Positions 20,189 to 30,400 of a stretch of 64,000 nucleotides of DNA are shown here, piece by piece. The notes beneath the pieces were generated by a model, which worked only from the letters and a program-made list of their open reading frames with translations, was not told the DNA's origin and searched no databases. The stretch's first letter is position 1. Each line of letters begins with the position of its first letter. Made by a program: the position numbers and the translations under genes. Source of the stretch: an uncultured Candidatus Saccharibacteria bacterium. Lineage in GTDB: Bacteria; Patescibacteriota; UBA1384; GWA2-35-9; CAYZGQ01. Location: the NCBI GenBank assembly GCA_964478135.1, contig CAYZGQ010000001.1:3365-67364 (forward strand), read 5' to 3'.

Positions 20189-21381
20189 GGCCGGTCGATT
20201 TTTTGAGATTAAGCCTTCAAAATATTTGGGGCAATCGTTTAAGATCAAGCCTGACTGTTTTGGGAGTTAGTATTGGCATTGGCTCAATCGTTTTTTTGGT
20301 CGGCTTAGGCTTTGGCCTGCAACGTCTGACAATTAACCGGATAATCTCTTCGGCCGCCTTGACCACCTTGGATGTCACGACCACCAAGTCGGCCCTTCTT
20401 AAGCTCGATCAAGAAGCGACCAGCCGGTTTGCCAACATCACCGGAGTTGAGGCGGTTTCGCCGATTTTCCGACTGCCTGGTCAGAGTCAGCGGGACGGGA
20501 CGGCGACCGAGACTCTGATTCAGGGGGTCGAGCCCTCGTTTTTTGACCTTGAGGGGATGAAGCTTGTAGCCGGAAGAATCCCGACAGACTTTTTAAAGCC
20601 GGTTTTGGTCGTCAGCGCGAGCACGGTCAAGCTTCTTGGTTTTGAAAGTCCGCAGGCGGCGCTCGATCAAAAACTTGAGATCCGGGCGGCAATTGTCGGC
20701 TCGGAGGACGGTGAGAATAATGGTCTGGTGGCTCAAAAAAATTATAAATTGCCAGTCGCCGGCGTGGTCGAAAACGAATCCTCGGTCGTTTATCTGCCGA
20801 TTGAGCTGGTGCGATCGGAACAGTTGATCAATTACGATCAGGTCAAGGTTAAGGCGCGCTCGATCGTGGAAATAGACCAGATCAAACAGGGAATCAGCGA
20901 CCTTGGGTTTCAGGTGACATCGGTTGCCGATTTGGTTGAGGAGGTCAATCGGATCTTTCGCTATTTCCAGATCATTATGGGCGGTTTTGGTCTAATCGCT
21001 CTCCTTGTCGCTTCGATCGGAATGTTTAATACGATGACAATCGCCCTGCTTGAGAGAACTCGGGACATAGGAGTTATGAAGGCGATCGGGGCGAGAAACT
21101 TCGACATTAAAGTCTTATTTGTCGCCGAGTCAACTATTCTAGCCGTTCTTGGCGGCTCTCTCGGAGTCTTTTTGGCTTGGTTCTTGAGCCTTTTGGTCAA
21201 CGGTTTCGTCAGCCAGATCGCCCGAGCCGGCGGCGTCGGCCCGATTGATCTCTTTTACTTCAACCCGATCTTTGTTTTGTTGGTGGTTTTGTTTTCCCTT
21301 GTTGTCGGTTTGCTAACCGGCATCTATCCGGCGCTTCGGGCCGCCAGACTCAATCCCTTAACCGCGCTAAGATACGAATAG
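20185..21381 (+). CDS. ABC transporter permease, MacB-like periplasmic domain plus FtsX 4-TM domain
   Basis: An N-terminal TM, a large extracytoplasmic domain, then C-terminal FtsX-like helices (GMFNTMTIALLERTRDIGVMKAIGA). The start overlaps the ATPase stop. Confidence 0.8.
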   Translation: MRPVDFLRLSLQNIWGNRLRSSLTVLGVSIGIGSIVFLVGLGFGLQRLTINRIISSAALTTLDVTTTKSALLKLDQEATSRFANITGVEAVSPIFRLPGQSQRDGTATETLIQGVEPSFFDLEGMKLVAGRIPTDFLKPVLVVSASTVKLLGFESPQAALDQKLEIRAAIVGSEDGENNGLVAQKNYKLPVAGVVENESSVVYLPIELVRSEQLINYDQVKVKARSIVEIDQIKQGISDLGFQVTSVADLVEEVNRIFRYFQIIMGGFGLIALLVASIGMFNTMTIALLERTRDIGVMKAIGARNFDIKVLFVAESTILAVLGGSLGVFLAWFLSLLVNGFVSQIARAGGVGPIDLFYFNPIFVLLVVLFSLVVGLLTGIYPALRAARLNPLTALRYE

Positions 21382-21411
21382 TCGCCTCACTTGCTCCAAG
21401 GTTTTGATTGA

Positions 21412-23517
<2,106 letters not shown>

Positions 23518-23548
23518 AAACAGTCTTTAATCCTAGTACCATACCGTT

Positions 23549-23854
23549 ATGGCTCGATCAACCAGCACTCGTTCAATAAGCCAGCAGACCGTTCGTCACA
23601 TCGCTGGCTTGGCTCGACTTAAACTTTCAGACGAGGCAGTCAAACTTGCCTCAAGTCAGCTGTCAGTGATTTTGGGTCATATGGCAGATCTTGAACAGGT
23701 TGACACGACTGGAGTAGAGCCGATTGGTCAAATAGCTGATTTGTCCAATGTTTTCCAACCAGATGAGCCAGGTTCATGCTTAAGTCAGGAGCAGGTGCTG
23801 GCTCAAGTTAAATCAAAACAAGCCGGTCGGCTAAAGGTGCGGTCGGTATTGTAA
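23549..23854 (+). CDS. gatC: Asp/Glu-tRNA amidotransferase subunit C
   Basis: 101 aa. VRHIAGLARLKLSDEE...LDQVDTTGVEP is the typical GatC signature. Located immediately upstream of gatA. Confidence 0.75.
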   Translation: MARSTSTRSISQQTVRHIAGLARLKLSDEAVKLASSQLSVILGHMADLEQVDTTGVEPIGQIADLSNVFQPDEPGSCLSQEQVLAQVKSKQAGRLKVRSVL

Positions 23855-23956
23855 GCGACTGAAACTGTCAGCCAACAAAATTCTTGTCTGCTTAAGTGAA
23901 CTAAGGTTATCCTGGTTGCAGGATCGCCCGAGCAGACCAACAAAAGATTAAATTAT

Positions 23957-25444
23957 ATGGCAGTACCAAAAACAATCGCCCTGGCTTACCGGGCGCTTCA
24001 AAAAAGAGACATCAGCTCGGTCGAACTGACGCGAGCTGTTCTCGATCAGATTAGGCAGTTTGATCCGCAAATCAAGGCCTTTCTTTATTTTGATCAAGAT
24101 CAGGCTATAACACAGGCTAGGGCGAGTGACAGTCGCAGACGCTCCGGTCAATCAAAAGGCATTTTGGACGGAATTCCGATCGCGCTCAAGGACGTTTTGG
24201 TCACAACTGACATGCCCACGACCGCCGCGTCCAAGATTCTGGAAGGCTTTATGTCAGCCTACGACGCAACAGTGGTTGCGAAACTTAGGTCCCAAGGCGC
24301 GGTACTAATCGGCAAGACGAACATGGACGAGTTTGCCATGGGTTCTTCGACCGAGAATTCGGCCTACGGGCCGACAAAAAATCCATGGGATCTAGGGCGC
24401 GTGCCGGGTGGATCATCCGGAGGCAGTGCGGCCGCGCTGGCCGCTGGAATGTGTCTGGCCGCGCTTGGTTCGGATACAGGAGGTTCAATTCGCCAGCCAG
24501 CCAGTTTTTGCGGCGTGGTCGGCTTTAAGCCGAGCTATGGCGCTGTTTCGCGCTACGGTTTAATCGCTATGTCGTCGAGTCTCGATCAGATCGGACCGAT
24601 GACCCAAACAGTAGCAGATGCTAAGATATTGTTTGAAGCTATCAAGGGTCAGGATCGGTCAGACGCAACGAGCGTTCAAATTAAAAGACCAACTAGGAGC
24701 AACCGTCAGGTTAAGGCAATAGGTCTTGCCAAAGAGTACTTTGGTCAGGGACTAGATTCACAGGTGAAACCATTGGTTGTCAGAGCGATTGAACTGCTTG
24801 CTCGATCAACCGGGGCAGATATTGTTGAGATATCTTTACCGAACGCCCGCTTTAGCGTCTCGGTCTACTACATTTTAATGTCGAGCGAAGTGGCCAGTAA
24901 TCTGGCGCGCTACGATGGAGTTAAGTACGGCTTGCAGATTCAAGGCGACACTTTGCTCGAGAGTTACCTTGAAAGCCGTTCCAAGGGTTTTGGTCAAGAG
25001 GCTAAGCGCCGGATTATGCTGGGTACTTTTTCTTCGTCAGCCGGCTATAGCGATCAGTATTACCAGAAAGCCCAGCTCGCGCGGGCCAAAATTAAGCAGG
25101 ACTTTGATCAGGCGTTCGAAAAGGTTGATTTAATCGCCGCGCCAGTCGCTCCAACTACCGCGTTCAAGCTAGGTGAAAAGGTTGACCAGCCTCTTCAAAT
25201 GTACCTTTCAGATATTTACACTATTCCAACCAATCTAGCTGGTTTGCCCGGTATTTCAATTCCTTGCGGTTTGGTTGAGGGTCTGCCTGTTGGTCTCCAG
25301 TTGATGGCTAATCGATTTGAGGACGAGTTTTTACTCGATATTGGTCAAAAATACGACCAGGCGCGCGGTCAGTTACCCGGTCCACCATATACTAGCGGTA
25401 CTAATGCCAAGGGAAGACAGATCAAAGTGAGATTAAAGTTATGA
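23957..25444 (+). CDS. gatA: Asp/Glu-tRNA amidotransferase subunit A (amidase signature family)
   Basis: Amidase signature GGSSGGSAAALAAG and catalytic Ser-cisSer-Lys context (IALKD). 495 aa. Confidence 0.92.
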   Translation: MAVPKTIALAYRALQKRDISSVELTRAVLDQIRQFDPQIKAFLYFDQDQAITQARASDSRRRSGQSKGILDGIPIALKDVLVTTDMPTTAASKILEGFMSAYDATVVAKLRSQGAVLIGKTNMDEFAMGSSTENSAYGPTKNPWDLGRVPGGSSGGSAAALAAGMCLAALGSDTGGSIRQPASFCGVVGFKPSYGAVSRYGLIAMSSSLDQIGPMTQTVADAKILFEAIKGQDRSDATSVQIKRPTRSNRQVKAIGLAKEYFGQGLDSQVKPLVVRAIELLARSTGADIVEISLPNARFSVSVYYILMSSEVASNLARYDGVKYGLQIQGDTLLESYLESRSKGFGQEAKRRIMLGTFSSSAGYSDQYYQKAQLARAKIKQDFDQAFEKVDLIAAPVAPTTAFKLGEKVDQPLQMYLSDIYTIPTNLAGLPGISIPCGLVEGLPVGLQLMANRFEDEFLLDIGQKYDQARGQLPGPPYTSGTNAKGRQIKVRLKL

Positions 25445-25893
25445 AAAAGCGACTGAACAATCAGCCTTCCTATCAAGAGAAAGTCTTTGACGCCTTGATT
25501 GGTGGAGTAGGCAAGATCGTCGGTTTAGTACGAATTAGCCCTAAATCGAGCAGACCGATCAAGTCAATTGATCGTTTGGAGATCACCACTCGCTGGCGTC
25601 AGATCGAGCAGAGTCATCGTTTAGGAGGTTCATCTGGGCTCAAGCAGGCGGTGATTGAAGCCGATAATCTGCTCGATAAGGCATTGAGAATGAAAGTTTC
25701 AGGCCAAACTATGGGGGAACGTTTAATTAACGCTCAAAGCTTAATAAGTTCTCAAGCCTATCAAGCCGCCTGGGAAGGACATAAACTGCGCAACCGTATT
25801 GTTCACCAAGACCAGAGCGAGGTGTTGAGTTTTGAGACAGAACAGGCGCTTAAGGGTTTCAAACAAGCTCTTCTCGAATTGGGAGGATTATGA
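25441..25893 (+). CDS. hypothetical protein with HEPN-like Rx4H motif, inserted between gatA and gatB
   Basis: 150 aa. Both ends overlap their neighbours by 4 nt (ATGA). The C-terminal helix region contains KLRNRIVHQ, i.e. R-x4-H, as in HEPN domains. Confidence 0.5.
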   Translation: MKKRLNNQPSYQEKVFDALIGGVGKIVGLVRISPKSSRPIKSIDRLEITTRWRQIEQSHRLGGSSGLKQAVIEADNLLDKALRMKVSGQTMGERLINAQSLISSQAYQAAWEGHKLRNRIVHQDQSEVLSFETEQALKGFKQALLELGGL

Positions 25894-27308
25894 ATCATTA
25901 CAGACCGATTATCGGACTTGAGATACACGCAGAACTGTCAACCAAGACTAAAATGTTCTGCCGTTGTCCCAACCCAATCTATCTTAGTAAAAAGGTTGAG
26001 ACTAGGCGGACTGATAAGACAAGTCAAGAAAAAAGGGCAAAATTAACGCCAAACACTCTTGTTTGCCCGGTCTGTCTTGGAATGCCGGGCAGTCTTCCAG
26101 TTATGAATGAGACTGCGGTGAAACTAACTATGCGAACCGGCCAGGCTCTTAACTGCACAATCGCCCAGTTTACCAAGTGGGATCGCAAGAACTATTTTTA
26201 TCCAGATCTACCTAAAAACTATCAAATCTCACAATATGATCTACCTCTGGCTTATGACGGATTTCTTGACTTGGAAGGAGCAAGCGGACAAGGCAAGATC
26301 AGGATCACTAGGATCCATCTGGAGGAAGACACCGGTCAATTGGTTCATTTATCAAATGGTTCCAGTTTGGTTGATTACAACAGAGCGGGCGTGCCTTTGA
26401 TTGAATTAGTGACGCAACCAGACATAGACTCGGCTGAACAGGCTAAGCAATTCGCTAAGGAGTATCAGCAGATTTTAAGAGTTTTGGCTGTTTCAAGCGC
26501 CGATATGGAGCAGGGTGAGATGAGAGTTGAGGTTAACGTGTCCCTAACGCGAATCAGCTCGAATCTCGATTCGAATCCAGCCGGTGTTGGGACTAAGGTG
26601 GAAGTTAAAAATTTAAATAGTTTTAGGTCGGTTGAGCGGGCGATTAACTACGAGATCAACCGACAGACTAAAATACTTGATTCTGGGATTAAGGTCGTTC
26701 AGGAAACAAGAGGTTGGGATGAGTCAAAGCAAAAAACATTCAGTCAGAGGGTCAAGGAAACAGCGGCTGATTACCGCTACTTTCCTGAACCAGATCTGCC
26801 ACCGATAGATACAACTAAAATTTCCCTTGACCCAATACCGGAGTTACCAATTAACCGTCGTCGTCGCTATATCGGTTTGGGGATTACCGATTCTGACGCC
26901 AAGGTGATCGTGGGCGATCGCAAAAGGGAGCAGATACTCGATCAAGTGATAACACAATCACCTAAAAGCGCCAAAAAAATAGCCAATTTTTTGGTCAATA
27001 AACCCCAGGCAGTTAATCTTGGAGTTAAAGAACTGACAAGAATCGCTCGGTTCTCGGCTCATCAGCAAAAGCAATCCTTCAAGGCTGGTCGGGCAATATC
27101 TCAAGTGAACCAAGACCGATTAGCCGGCTCGGGGCAGATCGTCAGTGCGCTTGATCGCGTATTCGATTCAAACCAAGACGCGGTCGATAAATACAAAGCT
27201 GGCAAAAAACAAGTCATCGGTTTTTTAGTTGGTCAGGTTATGTCAGAACTTAAAGGGCAGGCAGACCCTGGTTTGATCAGACAGGCAATTGAGAAAGCTC
27301 TCGAGTAG
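25890..27308 (+). CDS. gatB: Asp/Glu-tRNA amidotransferase subunit B
   Basis: N-terminal IGLEIHAEL...KMFCRC and central GatB/E motifs. 472 aa. Confidence 0.92.
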   Translation: MNHYRPIIGLEIHAELSTKTKMFCRCPNPIYLSKKVETRRTDKTSQEKRAKLTPNTLVCPVCLGMPGSLPVMNETAVKLTMRTGQALNCTIAQFTKWDRKNYFYPDLPKNYQISQYDLPLAYDGFLDLEGASGQGKIRITRIHLEEDTGQLVHLSNGSSLVDYNRAGVPLIELVTQPDIDSAEQAKQFAKEYQQILRVLAVSSADMEQGEMRVEVNVSLTRISSNLDSNPAGVGTKVEVKNLNSFRSVERAINYEINRQTKILDSGIKVVQETRGWDESKQKTFSQRVKETAADYRYFPEPDLPPIDTTKISLDPIPELPINRRRRYIGLGITDSDAKVIVGDRKREQILDQVITQSPKSAKKIANFLVNKPQAVNLGVKELTRIARFSAHQQKQSFKAGRAISQVNQDRLAGSGQIVSALDRVFDSNQDAVDKYKAGKKQVIGFLVGQVMSELKGQADPGLIRQAIEKALE

Positions 27309-27334
27309 TCATTCGATTCGGGTCTTGACGGATC

Positions 27335-27371
27335 GGTCAAACTAAGTCACAATTTTTGTGATATGTGATCT
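27335..27371 (+). promoter_or_regulatory. operator-like inverted repeat upstream of the 1816-aa gene
   Basis: gTCACAAtttTTGTGAtatgtgatc gives perfect 6-bp inverted arms with a 3-nt spacer. A further GTGAT copy follows. It lies between a TTGACg -35-like hexamer and the aaggagaaaggagg SD. Confidence 0.35.
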
Positions 27372-27445
27372 ATGCAGGTGCGCATATTTAAGGAGAAAGG
27401 AGGATAACTACGTCCTCTCAATTAAGTCGCAATCCACTGGCCCAT

Positions 27446-30400
27446 TTGATCCCGCTGGCACAAGCAGGCCAGCTTTTTGGCTATTCAGCCGGTCATATGA
27501 ACTATTTAGCCCGGTCAGGGAAAATAATCGCTTTGAAACTCGGGGGTCAGTGGTACACGACTCGGGCGGCTGTTTCAGCCTACCAGGCCGGTCAACCCCA
27601 ACCGGAAAACCCGACCGGATTTATGTCTTTAGCCCAAGCGGCCAAGCAGTATGGCTATAGCGCCGGACATCTCAACCTTTTAGCCCGAGAAGGTAAGCTT
27701 GAAGCGGTGAAACTTGGGCGAAACTGGTACACGACCGAGCGCGCTATCGACCAGTACCGACAAGGCGTGCGTGAGATAGAATTAGTGCCAGATAGTCCTG
27801 ACCCGGCGCTCCAGATATCCCAGCCAGAAAATATTAATGTTAAAGTCAGGCCAGTAGCCAGTTACCAGGGATTTGGCATAACCGAAACCGATGATGACGC
27901 GCCAGGTCCGACCGGGGGATTTAGGCTCAAGTCAGTTATGGTCAGCCGTGGTTTTAAGCTCGGGTTGATCACACTTATAGTGTCTGGGCTGGCTTTTGGA
28001 CTGGGACGACTGGTTCAAGGCTGGCGCACGGGTGAGTTGAATGGACTGGGGCCATCTGGCATCGCGGCTTATTTGTTTGGTGGAGAGTTGGCCCAAGGAG
28101 ATCGTCTGGGCTCGGGTTTTCTCGGCAGTATCACACGAGAGCGAGCTCAATCCGATACGCCTGGGGTCAGACCCGAGGCGAGCCCTAGTCCGGACACTGT
28201 GGTCAATAACACGACAGTCAACAACTATAACCAGACCGTTAACAACGACAATCGTCAGGTGACAAACATCAGTACAACCAAAACTGCTAAAGATATTGTT
28301 GGAGAGTTATCCGACCCGCAGGTGAGTGATGACATCACGATTAACTCGAGCAAGGCTGGTTCGTTTAGTCCAAGCGGTAACACTACTGCCTTGACGGTCA
28401 AGCAAAGTTCAGCCAGTCCCTCGGAAACCCCGATCGTTAAGATTCAAAACGCGTCTGGGGCTAACCTTGTCACAGTTGATTTTGAAGGCAATTTAGGTCT
28501 GGCTGGTGGATCTAGATTGGAAATAGGCGGTCAGCAAATAGGAATTGCCAATCTAGCGGATGGATCTTCTATCGCGTCTCTTTCCGGTAGTCAAACTCTG
28601 ACTAATAAAACTTTGAGCGCGGGCGTTATCTACCAAGGATCGGCGATTAGCCCGAGCTACGGCGGGACCGGTCTAACATCAGCTCCCAGCAACGGCCAAC
28701 TCTTGATCGGCAATGGCTCGGGTTATACTCTGGCGGCTCTAACGGCTGGGACGGCAATTAATGTGACCAACGGTTCTGGTTCAATTACGATCGCTAATTC
28801 AGGTGTTACCTCGCTATCTGCCGGAACCGGCATCGCTGTTAGCGGTTCGTCGGGCGCGGTTACACTGACCAATTCGGGCGTGACCGCTCTGACCGGCACA
28901 ACCAACCAGGTCAGCCTGTCTGGTTCAACCGGTTCGATCACCATCTCAACGCCCCAAAACATTCATACCGGCGCCAGTCCAACCTTTTCAAGGCTCAATT
29001 TATCCGAGGCGTCCAATCAGTTGGTTCTTCAGTCAAATAGTGTTACAGGCAGTCTGACCTGGACGCCGGTCACATCCAATAAAACGATCACTCTGCCTAA
29101 TCTCACCGGAACCGCTTTTTTGATTGATGGAGGCCAGACGATCAGCTCTGCTGTCTGGAACGCTAGCGCTATCGGCCCGAGCTATGGCGGGACTGGTCAG
29201 ACGACCCTGGCCAAGGGTGATATTTTGTATGGCTCGGCGACTGATATTTGGTCGCGACTGGCTGTTGGCAGTATTGGTTATGTCCTCCAGGTCTCCCTAG
29301 ACGGCGTTCCAGAATGGGCGACTATTTCTTCCTTATCTGTTGGTAATGCTGACACGCTTGATTCGCTTGATTCAGCGGATTTTTTGCGCGCGACCGCCTC
29401 GGACACTTTTGAAGGAGTTAATTCAAGAACCCTGACCATTCAGTCTGATCTTTCCTCAGGCGCGAGGACGGTTGACCTTTTGACGATCAGCCAGGCGAAC
29501 GATCCAACCAATAACTTTACGACTGGCAATCTCCTAACAATTGCCCAACTCGACACCGGTTCGTCGGCCGATGCCTTAGAACTTAATCAGACTGGATCTG
29601 GTAAGGCTATTAACATTGTTTCAGGCGAGCTGGCGACAGCCGGCAACATCGTTCAAACCGGGGCAACCACGCTGTCAACCGGCACGGGCGCGGTCTCGCT
29701 CGGGGGTGACACGACCATCGCTACTGGAAAGAACTTGACTCTCGCGTCCGGGACAGGCACTTTTAGTCAGATTTTTAGTAATACGACCGGTACTGGAGCA
29801 AACTGGAATATCACTAACTCTGGTTCTTCTGGGACTAACACTGTTGGCGGGATAGGATTAGTGTTGGCTGGAACCGCCAACACGACTGGTTCGAATGTGA
29901 TTAATGCTATTAATTTTTCCAATGTCCCTCCGGCGACCAATAATTCTTATTACGCCCTGAATGTCGGAACCGGCTTTACTGATATTGTACGCTACAATGG
30001 CGCCCAGTTGATCTCTGGCTCGGGTGTCATTCAATCGGCCGCGCTTTCTGGTAACTACACTGGTGTTACTGGAGTTGGGATTTTATCCACCGGCACCTGG
30101 AATGCAGACACAATCATCTTTGCCAAGGGCGGCACGGGCTTAACAGCCACGCCCAGCAATGGCCAACTCTTGATCGGCAATGGCTCGGGTTACACTCTGG
30201 CCGGCTTAACCGGCACTACCAATCAGATCAATGTCGCTAGCGGGGCCGGTTCGATCACCCTCTCAACTCCCCAAAACATCCATACCGCCGCCAGTCCAAC
30301 CTTTGCCGGTTTGACTTTGTCCGACTTGACCCCTGGTTCTTTGGTCTTTGCCGGCGCCGGCGGGGTGATCAGCCAGGACAACGCCAAGTTCTTCTGGGAT

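Noticed and set aside
27358-27660. 100-aa plus-strand ORF overlapping the start of the giant HTH gene
   Set aside because: It runs in a different frame through the HTH repeats, which are clearly coding in the 27446 frame. At most it could be a short leader. Not supported.
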